DNA of 64,000 nucleotides from Scyliorhinus canicula (GCF_902713615.1 NC_052163.1:123665144-123729143); one strand, 5' to 3'; shown: positions 1-11,479, counted from the first letter of the stretch. Notes: generated by a model not told the origin, from the sequence alone. Made by a program: numbers and translations.

Positions 1-1020
1 GCCAGCCCCCTGCAGGGAGGAGAATCACTCAAGACTTTCTCAAGGAAGGTCCAGAGTGAAACGCAGGGTTTTTAAGCTGGCGTGCGCACATCGCCCCATT
101 ATCAGAGAATCCAGCCCTTTATCTTATCTTAGACATCTTTGAAATACGTCTCCAGCATTGCTTCATTGCTAAATTATTGGAGCTTTCAATGGCATCTGTG
201 CCTTCTGCAAAGAGCAGCAAACACCCCTTACTGTCAAAATAATGTCTCTCCAAGCTTGTTGTGTAGCTTCCCCTCTAATGACAAGGAGGGGATCTGTTGA
301 CATGGTTAAGACTGCAAACGTGTAACCTTCTCACATGACAGGAAGAGAGTGTGTTGCTGGATGCTGCTTCACCTCACTGGGTTATGAAAGCTGTGTATAT
401 CTTACTGTGATTCAGCTGGCAAGCTGAAATCCAAAGTTACAAAATCCATGCCAGGCAATTTCCTTCCATAGGGATAATTTCAATCTCTTTATCGTGCAAT
501 AGTGGGGGTAGATGAGACAGACTTTTCTTTTCTGTATCAATAAAACAAGTTTTCATTGCCTGTCAGATTAGACAAACAGCCAGTACGTTTGTCCCTATCA
601 GAAAGGCAATCTTTTTGACTCACTCTGTTATTTGAGATAGATACGATGGTCAAATATTACACATTCTGCAGGTAAAAGGTAGTAATGATTTTCACTCAAG
701 TCTTCAAATAAACAGCCCTGTACCATTGAAAGGAAAGGTCTTTCTTTTGTGTAGCTCCAGGAAGCAGTTAGCGAGGATGTTGAATGAATTGTCGATGTGC
801 TGTGCAATATTTACACCCAAAACTGCCAAGAAGCAGACATGTCACTTCAACCGAAACTGCAGTCTTTGATTTTATTAAAGGTCAATTGGAATTTTACCGT
901 TAGTCACTGCCCAATCCTGTTGGGGGAAAGTCCAGCCTTAAAGGACAGCTCAAATCGTGTGCGAAAACTATTTCCCGCAGAATCCCTACAGTGCAGAAGA
1001 AGGCCGTTCAGCCCAATGAG

Positions 1021-1419
1021 CAGGGCCGGCTCAAGGCACCGGCAACTCGGGCTGTCGCCCGGGGCGCCATGTGCTCGGGGGCGCCAGAGACTCGGGTCCC
1101 GCGCATGCGCAGTTGGGCCGGTGCCAACCAGCGCATGCGCGGTGGCCGCCCGCCCCCAGGGCGGCCCCCCCGCCCGGTCCCCCCCCCCCCCCCCCGCCCG
1201 GTCACCCCCCCCGGCCCGGTCCTGCCCCTCCTCGGCCCCGCCACCCCCGCCCCCCCACCCTCGCCCCCCCCCTCGGCCCCGCCCCCCCTCGGCCCCCCCC
1301 CCCCGGCCCGGCTCCCCCCCAGGCCCGCCCCCCCCCCCCCCCCCGGCCCGGCCCCCCCCCCCCCAAGGGCGCCGAAGTTCAGCTTGCCCGGGGCGCCAGC
1401 AACCCTAGAGCCGGCGCTG
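1021..1419. mobile_element. hAT-superfamily MITE inserted into an HE1/CR1-tail fragment
   Basis: TIRs CAGGGCCGGCTC / GAGCCGGCGCTG; perfect 8-bp TSD CCAATGAG at 1013-1020 and 1420-1427; subterminal GCCCGGGGCGCC repeats. Confidence 0.9.
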
Positions 1420-1482
1420 CCAATGAGTCTGTACCGACTCTCTGAAAGATCACTGTACCCAGGTCCACTCCCCCGCCCTATC

Positions 1483-1797
1483 ATAGAATTATAGAGTCTA
1501 CACTGCAGAAGGAGGCCATTCGACCCATCGAGTCTGCACCGGCCCTTGGAAAGAGCACCCTACTTCAGCCCGATTGACCTTTAGTAAAATCCCTGTATCC
1601 CTGTAACACCGCGCATTGATCTTGGCCAATCCACCTAACCTGCACATCTTTGGATGGTGGGAGGAAACCGGAGCACCCGGAGGAAACCCACGCAGACACG
1701 GGGAAATGTGCAAACTCCACACAGACAGCCGCCCAAGGCCGGAATCAAAACGCGGGTCCCTGGTGCTGTGAGGGAGCAGTGCTAACCACTGCGCCAC
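1483..1797 (-). mobile_element. HE1-like V-SINE with CR1-type tail
   Basis: Reverse complement has tRNA-like head, V-domain (GGGTTTCCTCCGGGTGCTCCGGTTTCCTCCCAC) and GAATGGCCTCCTTCTGCA tail. Confidence 0.9.
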
Positions 1798-1811
1798 TAT
1801 GATGAAAAGAA

Positions 1812-2275
1812 GATACATGCTGTTGAAGCTTTTCAACCTGCACTCATCAGGACAATTCACACGAATACCAAATTGGTTGGCAAGTGGATTGTGATTGGTA
1901 GAGACATTGTCATGGAGAATGCACCAGTTAACTGACAACTGACAGTTAACTGTCAAGTTTTATTTCAATTCAAACCAGGCAGATTGATTCTGATTGGCCA
2001 TGCATTGCCCTGGGGAATGAACCAGAGAATGGTATTGCCTATTTCGTTTAGTTAAATAAGACTCAATGTGGATTCTTTCTGGCTGCAAAGGACAGAGCCC
2101 TATGTATTAAAATATGTAGTTTCTAGCACACATAAGTGAGCCACACCGTGGGCCTGACTGATAATCTTAAATTGGCTGTCAGTGTATTATTGTTCCCTTT
2201 CCATTGGTATTCCTGTGAATTGTCATGATGAGTGCAAGACCAAAAACTTCAACAACACTTGTCCTTTTTAAAGTT
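1812..2275. mobile_element. Penelope-like non-autonomous fragment with inverted termini and decayed hammerhead motifs
   Basis: 1818-1860 (minus: GTGAATTGTCCTGATGAGTGCAGGTTGAAAAGCTTCAAC) is an inverted copy of about 2215-2255 (GTGAATTGTCATGATGAGTGCAAGACCAAAAACTTCAAC). Confidence 0.6.
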
Positions 2276-2441
2276 CTACTGCCAACCAGCTATAATTTAA
2301 AATGTAGAAATAATTCCCTATTTTCGGCTAGGGGATCTTACAACTGGTTCAGTATCATTGGAGCTGGAAGGAAAAAAAGATGCCCAAATGCTCTGTGCTC
2401 CGATCACAGTTTAATGGCCTCTTCTAGATGTGTGATATGTG

Positions 2442-3119
2442 GGACGGGATTCAGTGCCAACGCTGGAGTGAAAACTGGAGTGTTTCACTCCGGCGTCGGA
2501 GGCCTCTCCTCGCCCCCTATTCTCACACCCCTGGGGGGCTAGGAGCAGCGCCGCGTCCCGTACATTACGCGGCCGGCGCCACGTAAATGACGTCACCCGT
2601 GCATGCGCAGGTTGGCCGGCGCCAACACGCGCATGCACGGTTGCCATCCTCCCCGCGGGCGCCCCGCAAGAAATGGAGGAGTGATCTTGCAGGGCGGCGG
2701 AGGAAACGAGTGCGTCCTTCAGAGCCGCCGGCCGGCTGATCGGTGGGCACCGATCGCGGGCCAGACCCCTTTTGAACGCCCCCCCGGTGCCCGATCCTCC
2801 CCCCCCCCCCGCCCCACAGGCTACCCCCACAGCGTTCGCGCACGGTTCACGCCAGCAGCGACCAGTGTGTGGATGGCGCCAGCGTGAACACGTTGTATTG
2901 GGCAGGCCACTCGACCCATCCGGGCCGGAGAATCGGCACTCGCCCGTTACAAACGGCGAGCGGCGATTCTCCGAGCGGCCTGCCGTAAATGTCGGCGCGC
3001 CGTTTTGGGGGGGTTGGGAGAATCGCGTGCAGGTGCCAGGGCGGCGTGGTGGGATTCGCTCAACGCCCCTGTGATTCTCCCACCCGGCATGGGGGGGGGG
3101 GGGGGGGAGAATTGCGCCC
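2442..3119. mobile_element. PIF/Harbinger-like MITE, CpG-rich
   Basis: Termini GGACGGGATTC / GAATTGCGCCC; flanks GTG/CTG; same family as 39872-40550. Confidence 0.8.
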
Positions 3120-3129
3120 CTGGTGTGGG

Positions 3130-3620
3130 GTCCTCCTGTTCAACATTGAGAAGATCTTAAAGACTTTGGTCTCTGTCAAAAACTCCATTACCTGACCATT
3201 TATTCCAACCCCCACTTCCCCCAGCCATTGCTAAACATCTGTCACCATAAACCTCTCTAACACCAAGACGTATGGTGCTTACACACCACCCCCCCCCCCC
3301 TTCTGCCCCTGTCTTAGAACCTCTGCTGCTGAAACCTTCAGTCATACTTTACACACCCCCAGAGCCAACAACCCCAGCGCTGTCCTATAGAGCTGTACTC
3401 TCATCTTCCACTCTCGCTAAACATCACGTAATCCAACGCTCTGCTTTCCTAATGCTAACTTGCATCAAGTCCCCTTCACTGCCATGCTGGCTGACCAATG
3501 TTGACTTCTGGTCTGGCGATGCCTTGATTTTAAAACTCTTATTCCTTCTTTTCAAATCCCTCCATCAACTTCCCCCTCCCTATCTCTGTGAACACATCCA
3601 GCCCGACAGCCCACAGGGGG
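3130..3620 (+). mobile_element. Decayed L2 LINE ORF2 3' fragment
   Basis: Resembles L2 C-terminal region (ATCCAACGCTCTGCT...GATTTTAAAACTCTTATTCCTT...TCCCTCCAT). Confidence 0.55.
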
Positions 3621-3780
3621 TACTGAGAAGGTGGGGCAGAATACTAGACCAGGGATTGTCCGTAACAAAGGAGATATGGACAAATTTATCATCGACAAAT
3701 GGTCCCTTTTCCAACTTTATAATTCTGTACATTTCTACCTCGCTTCAGTTCTGCAGAAGGATCACTTGATCTAAAGCGTT

Positions 3781-4826
3781 GGACGGGATTTTCCCCCAAA
3801 ATGGCAAAGTGTCAGGTTCCGTTGGAAGTCTGCCGTGTTTCTCCCCAGAGGGGAGCTTGTTTTGCGACGTCATTGTGAGGACCTAGATATTCTAGCAAGC
3901 CTGGCTTCACGGAGAGCGGGTCACCATGGCCACTCTGAACTCAAAATGAAATTCAGGACCTCCCCACCCACTCACAGACATCGGAATCCCCCCCCCCCCC
4001 CAATCCTATTGATTGCATGTTTCCCCCCACTCCACGCCCACCAGCAAACATAGATCACTGGCCTGACCCCCCCCCCCCCCCCCCCCCCACAGTCATTGCT
4101 GAACATACTTCGCTGGCCTTGGGGCAATAGGACACTCCCGATGGGTCACCCAAATGCCCCACCCCCTTCAGGCCCCACCCCTTGGCACTGCCCCTGGCAA
4201 CCTGGCTGTGCCAACCTAGCAGTGCCAACCTGGCCATTCCAACGGCATTGTCAACCTGGCAGTGTCAGGATGCTAGGGGGCAGGGCCTTGCCATGTCTCT
4301 AATACCCAGGTGCTATAATGGCCTCCGAAGCCACTTGGCGTGGTCATCATGACTGGACTCCATCTGTGGAGACCAATAATTGTTCCCAGCCGGTGCCACA
4401 TCATGCCAGCAGGTGGGAACATTGCACGTTCCTGGAAGATTCGGCATTTGAGCGTTGCTGCGTCACGGTGCCGAGGAGCCAGGTTCGATCCTGGCTCTGG
4501 GTCACCGTCCATGTGGAGTTTGCACATTCTCCCCGTGTCTGCGTGGGCCTTACCCCCACAACCCAAAGATGTGCGGGTCAGGTGGATTGGCCATGCTAAA
4601 TTGCCCCTTAGTTGGAAAAAATGAATTGGCGTTATAAAGCTGATTTTGAACATTAAAATCCATTTAACTGAATGGTAATCAAGCCCACACCCTCACTGGG
4701 GCGTCTGCTGGTGGCGACTGGAAACATCGCAAACTGTTCAGCACGAAGCGCAAATCCTGTTTCAGACCTCTCCCGGGATTTTCCCAGGATTTGCGACGGG
4801 CGCAATGTGCCCGTAAAATCACTCCC
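3781..4826. mobile_element. Older Harbinger-like MITE containing a SINE and splitting a Penelope pLTR fragment
   Basis: Termini GGACGGGATTTT / AAAATCACTCCC; flanks 3750-3780 and 4827-4930 rejoin to a pLTR-like repeat. Confidence 0.65.
4451..4657 (+). mobile_element. Short V-SINE variant with A-rich tail, 5'-truncated
   Basis: B box GGTTCGATCC, shortened V-domain, TTGCCCCTTAGTTGGAAAAAATGAATTGG end. Confidence 0.85.
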
Positions 4827-5025
4827 ATTAACTTTGCTTCTCTCCACAGATGCTATCAGACCTGCTGAGTTTATCTAGCATTTTCTAATTTTATTTCAGA
4901 TTTCCATCATGCGCAGTCTTTTGCTTTTGTCCAAGATATTGTCACCTATCCTAATTTCCCATCATGGGGCTCAGTACCAAATTTGATAACATTCCTGTGA
5001 AGCACCTTAGGCTATTTATTATTAC

Positions 5026-5378
5026 GGGCAGCACGGTAGCATTGTGGATAGCACAATTGCTTCACAGCTCCAGGGTCCCAGGTTCGATTCCGGCTTGGGT
5101 CACTGTCTGTGCGGAGTCTGCACATCCTCCCCGTGTGTGTGTGGGTTTCCTCCGGGTGCTCCGGTTTCCTCCCACAGTTCAAAGATGTGCAGGTTAGGTG
5201 GATTGGCCATGCTAAATTGCCCTTAGTGTCCAAAATTGCCCTTAGTGTTGGGTGGGGTTACTGGGTTATGGGGATAGGGTGGAGGTGTGGACCTTGGGTA
5301 GGGTGCTCTTTCCAAGAGCCGGTGCAGACTCGATGGGCCAAATGGCCTCCTTCTGCACAGTAAATTCTATGATTCTAT
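5026..5378 (+). mobile_element. Full-length HE1-like V-SINE with CR1-type tail
   Basis: GGGCAGCACGGTAGC head, B box GGTTCGATTCC, V-domain, GACTCGATGGGCCAAATGGCCTCCTTCTGCAC tail and TTCTATGA repeats. Confidence 0.95.
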
Positions 5379-5849
5379 TTCTACCACATTGAAGGTGCCA
5401 TTTAAATGGAAGTTGTTGCAAATTGTAATGTCAGTAGATTAGGGTTGGATGTAAGTGCAAATCCCGGTGACCTTAAATTAAAAATGATATAACCAGACCC
5501 AATGAGTTAATCATTTTACTGCTGTGTGCTTTGAGAAAGGCTCAGCAGGTTAGTAAAAGCAAGTAAAAACATGTACCACATCAAGAAGGTGGTGCCTTTC
5601 CCAACTGAGCTGACAAGTTCAGTGAAGTTATTTAATGCATTTTGTTACAGAACTTTAGCAAGAACTTGTTTTTCAGCTAATCCCTTGTGGACTTTTAATT
5701 ATGTTGATGAAAGCTGTGAATATGAAATTACGCCTCAGCAGAGGCGCAGTCGGTGGCCGCCTTAGCTGAACCAATAGGTTGTGGGTTCGATTCCCACTGA
5801 AGGTGGTTCCGTGAGGTGTGGATGGGTCCTTGGATTCCAGATCGTGGAT

Positions 5850-6220
5850 ATTCCTTTCTCAGACTCCTTTTCCGAGCCTCCTCTTGCCATTGGGTATCCT
5901 TGAAGAACTGTGTCCCTTCAATCAGGAGGTTCTTCCAAGTAGGTCTCTTCTGAGCAAGGGTCTCCCAGGCGTTAGTGTCGATGCTGAATTTCTTGAGGTA
6001 ACCCTTCAGGATGTCCTTGAAGCGCTTCCTTTGTCCTCCTTTTGTCCGGACATTCCTTGAGTTGGGCGAAGAAGATTTGCTTTGGCAGTCGGGACTCTGA
6101 CATCCGCTGGCCGGTCCAGCGGAGTTGGTTTTGGATGATCGCGACCTCAATGATGCTGCTCTTGAATCCTTCAAGGCCGTTGATAGTAGTATGCCTGTCC
6201 TCCCACCTGATGCAGAGATG
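5850..6220 (-). mobile_element. RTE-clade LINE ORF2 3' fragment
   Basis: Minus-strand peptides IRWEDR...QLRWTGQRMSESRLPKQIFF and GGQRKRFKDILK...WETLAQKRPTW, typical of RTE C-termini; frameshifted. Confidence 0.85.
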
Positions 6221-6446
6221 AAGTACGTTTAGATTTTACAATGTATTTAAAGATGTGATGTTTAAGAGTCTCCCTGATGTAATGTTGATCCTTAAACGCT
6301 TCAGTGATTACTTCAAATGGTTTAGCAAAGGTTAATGCCTTGATTTATGTAAGCCTCCTGTAAGCTAATGTGAACTATCTCTCTGACAGGTATTGCAGAA
6401 TCCAGTTGCAGATACAAAATCTGGAGTCAGGCTAAATCTCTGCTTG

Positions 6447-6831
6447 ATGAGGAAGCAAATCAATTTCCCACCCCTGAGAGTGAACAAACAACGGACATCA
6501 TATGAAATGATGTCAGAGGAGATGTGAGCCAGGAGACTGCACATCAGGAAAGATGCAATGGGCCACCTTTGTGAAATGTTGAAGGAAGACTTGAAGCCAA
6601 ACTCTGACTGCCACACTGTCTTAACAGTGAAGATGAAACTGGCGGCAGTTGTAGTGTGTTGTGCATCGTACAACTTTGCCATTCAGCATGGACTGAGCAT
6701 TCACCTGGAAGATGACTTGCCAGCAGTGGTGGAGGAGCTGAAGGAGGGCAATATGGAGCCTGATGCAGACATAACTCTGGTGCAGGCGCGCAAGCCCAGG
6801 GTCCAGGTGACACAAGAGCTGTTCAAGTTCG
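6447..6831 (+). pseudogene. Harbinger (HARBI1-type) transposase relic with catalytic core deleted
   Basis: One frame reads PPLRVNKQRTSYEMMSEEM*ARRLHIRKDAMGHLCEMLKEDL..LTVKMK then VVVCCASYNFAIQHG; matches N-terminal and C-terminal (CCxLHN) Harbinger motifs. Confidence 0.75.
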
Positions 6832-7027
6832 CCAGGCACCTACTGCTTTTGGACATTGGACCCTCCCATTTTCTCCTCTCCTCTCCCTCCCTTCCCTATT
6901 TACAGAAAGACAACAAATAAAACAAAATATTTTATTGATCATTGTGTTAAAGTGAAACTATTTTATTGCGCGAAATTTGGAAAAGTTGAGGTAGTTATCA
7001 AACGAAATGTCATATAGCAGTTGTGGT

Positions 7028-7524
7028 TCCGCGCATGCGCGTGGGTTCCCATCTCCGCGCCGGCCACAGGCAATATGGCAGAGCCCTACAGGGGCCCGGA
7101 ACGGAGGAACATAGGCCCCACGGAACCAGCCCGCCCGCCGATCGGTAGGCCCCGATCACGGACCAGGCCACCGTGATGGCCCGCTCTGGGTTGGATCCCC
7201 CCTGCCCTCCCTCCAGGACGGCCCCCGCAGACACACCTTTCAGGTCCCGCCGTGTTGGACCCAAGTAACCCACGCCAGCGGGACTCAGCCAAACGCGGCG
7301 GGCATTCGGCCTGTCGAGGCCCGGAAAATCGCCGGGGGGGGGGGGGGGGGGGGGGTACGCTTTCAACGGCCCCCGACTGGCGCTGCGGTGATCCTGCAGG
7401 CACCCGAAAATAGGCGCTGGAGAATCAGCGAGCCGGCGTCGGGGTGGCGTGGCGCGATTCTAGCGCCCCCCCCCCCCCCCCCCCGGGATTCTGCGACCCG
7501 GCGTGGGGTCGGAGAATCCCGGCC
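7028..7524. mobile_element. Harbinger-like MITE, one end only
   Basis: GGAGAATCCCGGCC terminus; internal similarity to 32297-33024 and 59019-59698. Confidence 0.7.
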
Positions 7525-9107
7525 AGGGCCTCTCTCCAAAGGTCTGCAGAGAGAAACAAGAAATCCTGACTCTTAACTTTATTTATAAGTGGCAGTTGAA
7601 CTGTATTGGGTTGCTTAATCGGAATAAACAGTGGCTGATGTAGATAGTAAGTTAAAGTGTCTCCTCTTTTTATTTAAGAACTGTTTAAACTGTTAATTGT
7701 AAAGCTCTTTCTTTGTTGTTAATATGTTTAATTATGTGTTTAAATTGAAGTTTGTTTGACCATAAAAGATACCTATTGGTCAGTTTTATCACCCCTGTGG
7801 TTTAGTAGTCTTCCCTCACAGTCTTATAAATTTCAAATTGTTGGGATTCTCGTACCCCCTGTTTTCGGGGATGGGAACAGTGAAGGGGGTGGAGAATCGA
7901 GTGGGAGACCCTAAATGGCATTCATGCCAGCAGGACCTCCTTGCTCGATTGTCCCTCGCCAATGACATAATGGAGATCCCAGCTTTAAGGTGTTGGGATC
8001 CTCGTTTACATCTGCTTGCATCTCTGGCATTCACGCCTAATTGCCCCCCCACTTTGGTCTGTTCATTTACCTTGGTGTGAGGACATTCCGACATGAATCA
8101 CAACAGGTCCCCCACGATGCCTCCCTGGTGAACGGAATATGCTGGAGACGCACAGAGCTCCCGACAGAAGCAGTGTGGATGGGCCCAAGTGTTCAACCTG
8201 GACCAGAGCTCCTTGGCTGTGAGGCTGTGAGATCGTAAACAGCAGACAGACAACGTAGTCTGACAATGTGGAAGGCAAGGCAATGTTACTTGCTGCACAC
8301 GGCAGATGCCCATGTCACATGTCTCCCAACTCTGCACCATCAGTGGTGGATGTGTATCCAGCATCTGGATTTCAAAGAATGTTGAATGTCTCGGTCATTC
8401 GGAAGTAAAAGAAAGGTTGCGGAGTCTTTGTCTGAACAGCTGATCCATCTCGTTCTGGCCAGACAGGGTTATTAAATACAGATGACCTTAGTATAAATCT
8501 CTTTGAAGTTCGGATTTCCAATCCACAGGGAGCCATCCGTGGCTCCTCAGAGATAACAAGGTGTGAGTTTTCCTAAAACTAGCAATTTTTTTTTCTTCTC
8601 AGATGTCATAGGCAGACTCAGTGGGCAGAATTCTCCAATCTTGGACTAAGTCCTGTGGCAGGGATGGGGACAGGGAGTGTTTCTATCTATGTGGGTTGAA
8701 GGGAAACCATGCCATTTTTTCCAGCCCCAACCTAATTAATTATGCATCTGGAGGTACAGCGCCATATTCCATAGTGGGGGGGCTTGACTGTACCCGTCCC
8801 ATGATGGTATCTGGGTAACATATTTAAAAGGTGCCCAACAGCACCTCCCCACCATTGAAGAAAGAAGATGGGTCTCCAGGGACATGCTGAGGCTTGAAGA
8901 CGGACGTCCTTGATGGTACTGAAGTTGGCAGATCCACCCGATAGATGGTCTACCCACCCACTGCCACTGTGTTCCAGCGTTCAGGATCCAGGCTCGGTGG
9001 CGGCCTCCACCTCGAACGTTGGATGCAGGCTCAAGCCTTCTTCAGGTAAGTCCTGACTTCTGCACACCATCTTGTTCCAGACGTGTTTTCCTGCCGGTGT
9101 CACAGAG

Positions 9108-9295
9108 AAAAAAAATGAAATGAAAATCGCTTATTGTCACAAGTAGGCTTCAAATTAAGTTACTGTGAAGAGCACCTAGTCGCCACATTCCGGCGCCTGT
9201 TCGGGGAGGCTGGTACGGGAACTGAACTGTGCTGCTGGCCTGCCTTGGTGTGCTTTCAAAGCCAGCGATTTAGCCCAGTGTGCTAAACCAGCCCC
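9108..9295 (-). mobile_element. tRNA-derived SINE (GGGGCTGGTTTAGC head, Rex1-like tail)
   Basis: Reverse complement of the 10561 copy; TTTTCAT terminal repeats. Confidence 0.9.
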
Positions 9296-10560
9296 ATAGG
9301 AGAATCAGGCATGGAGGGAAGATCCAATCAGGCTTGCTTCCGCATCCCAATAGCGGGATGCGAATCAGCTTCATACCAATCTCCAGCCAGTATCCCGATC
9401 CACCATGGCGGGCACCAGCGGACGATCTCTCAGGAGCTTCACGCCCCCCCCCCCAAACCCTACCCGCCTTTGAACCTCCCAGTGGGCGAGTGGGAGAATC
9501 TTGCCCAGAGTTCCAGCCATTTTAAAGGTCGTTCACTTTTGAAAATTGTAGAAATAGCGATGATCGTATCTATATGTAATTTGTAAAAATATGCAGTGTG
9601 AGGTCTTCGACCCCCCCAGTTACTAATTCCTATGTTCAGGAAAAGTTTAAATAGCAGGTTACATTGGCAAATAAGAAATGCAATTAAAAAATATTTGTAT
9701 ATGTCTCTGGGTAAGGGATAACAATCTCCAATCTTGCTGGCATCGGAGTTGAACCCTTGCAGGTCAAGCACATTATGGTTGGATGTAAGGCAAAGCTCGA
9801 TAATATTCTTTAATCTTGGAAGACCATGAGCAGCTGCACCAAAATTGATTTCTTTTCATTCCCTGCACCATCGTTTCCAGAGCTCTGACAGACACCGGCA
9901 AATATATTTATTACCGTTCAGGTTGTGAGTCAGATTTTACGAGAACTCTTTTATCTAGTCCCCTTTTAGCTTCAGGATTCATACCAAAAAAGGGCTTTAA
10001 TTCATTGCGTCATCCAAGTTTCCCTGTGGGTCCTGCGACCCACAGCTTCCCGGCAACTATGGTCTGGGCGTTTGGGATGGGATGCCAGAAATAGAATCAA
10101 ATGTGGCAATCAGGCTGAAGGAGTAAGGTCATATAAATATGAAAGGTCATTCGGCCTCCAGAAAGCTAACAGCTGCCAAGGTTATCAATCCGCCCACTCA
10201 CCGTGGCAACACTCTGCCTGAGTTCCTTCTCCAAGCAAAAATGCATCTCATTGGCTGGCAAATCACTTGAAGCTTCTCCCACATCACTGGGAGTGCAGAG
10301 GGGACCCTGATGATTGCAAATAAACGGGGTTCCTGGTCCACAGTAAAGCAATGCGGGGACAGCTGGAGAAACTCTGAGGAATTTCCTGGCCAGTAACTGA
10401 TCTCCTGAGCTCTTTTGTACTGTCTCTTCATTAGTTTTCCCACACACCTTATTGTACAGCCCTATTACTCAGTGTCGATAAAGGTTTCATCTGGCTCCTC
10501 TGAGTTCTAATTTTCTAATTATTAATATTTTGTATGGATCACTTCTGATCCACTTATGAT

Positions 10561-10808
10561 GGGGCTGGTTTAGCACGCTGGGCTAAATCGCTGGCTTTGA
10601 AAGCAGACCAAGGCAGGCCAGCAGCACGGTTCAATTCCCGTACCAGCCTCCCCGAACAGGCGCCGGAATGTAGCGACTAGGGGCTTTTCACAGTAACTTC
10701 ATTGAAGCCTACTAGTGACAATAAGCGATTTTCACTCATTTTCATTTCATTTTTCATTTAATTTAATTTAATTTAATTTCATTCATTTTCATTTTCATTT
10801 CATTTTTC
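10561..10808 (+). mobile_element. tRNA-derived SINE (GGGGCTGGTTTAGC head, Rex1-like tail)
   Basis: A box TGGTTTAGCACGCTGG, B box GGTTCAATTCC, tail CTTTTCACAGTAACTTCATTGAAGCCTACTAGTGACAATAA, long (TTTCA)n. Confidence 0.9.
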
Positions 10809-10825
10809 ACTTAAGTCATGGTAGC

Positions 10826-11007
10826 CATGATGTGGAGATGCCGGCGTTGGTCCAGGGTGGGTACAGTGAGAAGTCTTACAACACCAGGTTAAAGCCCAAC
10901 AGGTTTGTTTCGAATCACTCACCTGATGAAGGAGCTGCGCTCCGAAAGCTAGTGATTCCAAACAAACCTTTTGGACTTTAACCTGGTGTTGGAAGACTTC
11001 TGACTGT
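10826..11007. mobile_element. Penelope-like pLTR fragments in inverted arrangement
   Basis: About 10863-10918 and 10951-11007 are inverted copies; homologous to 18112-18643. Confidence 0.85.
10919..10955 (+). ncRNA. Minimal hammerhead ribozyme motif (Penelope type)
   Basis: TCAC-CTGATGA-A-GGAGC tgc GCTCC-GAAA-GCTA-GTGA: both core boxes, stem II, palindromic AGCT stem III, stem I TCAC/GTGA. Confidence 0.75.
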
Positions 11008-11063
11008 CTTTTTAAAACCTCAATTAGGTAATCTGGGAGCACCCTCTTTCCTAACAAGCTTCA

Positions 11064-11372
11064 CGCAAATCTAAAATGCGGGGGAGCACAGTCTCAGGGT
11101 AAGGAGACAATCATTTAGGACTGAGATGCGGCAGAGAAATTACTTTGCTCAAAAGGTTCTCAATCTTTGGAATGCTCTGCCTCCAGTAGGGTTGTGGATG
11201 TGGCGTCGTGGAATACGCTCAAGCCTGGGGTAGACAGATGTTTGGTGTCTCATGGAATTAAAGGATTGTGGGGAATGGACGGGAAAATAGAGTTGAAGCC
11301 CAAGATCAACCATGATCATATTGAATGGCAGAGAAGGCTCGATGGGCTTGCTTCTGATTCTTACGTTCTTTG
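11064..11372 (+). mobile_element. CR1 LINE 3' fragment
   Basis: Decayed GHSLRVR..FRTEMR..F.Q region and CR1-type 3' UTR. Confidence 0.8.
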
Positions 11373-11479
11373 AAGAGGACTTCAATTCCTGATAGGCTGA
11401 ATCATCATCATTGCTCGCCGCTGTGTTACACCTGACCAAATGTCATTCTTCTGCTAAGGAGAGCGTGACTAATAAATGA

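Noticed and set aside
797-1494. Proline-rich (formin/extensin-like) ORFs
   Set aside because: They arise from poly-C tracts within a TSD-flanked hAT MITE and are open in several frames.
5026-5100. tRNA genes at A/B-box sequences
   Set aside because: They are SINE heads continuing into V-domain or LINE-derived tails and lack a full cloverleaf.
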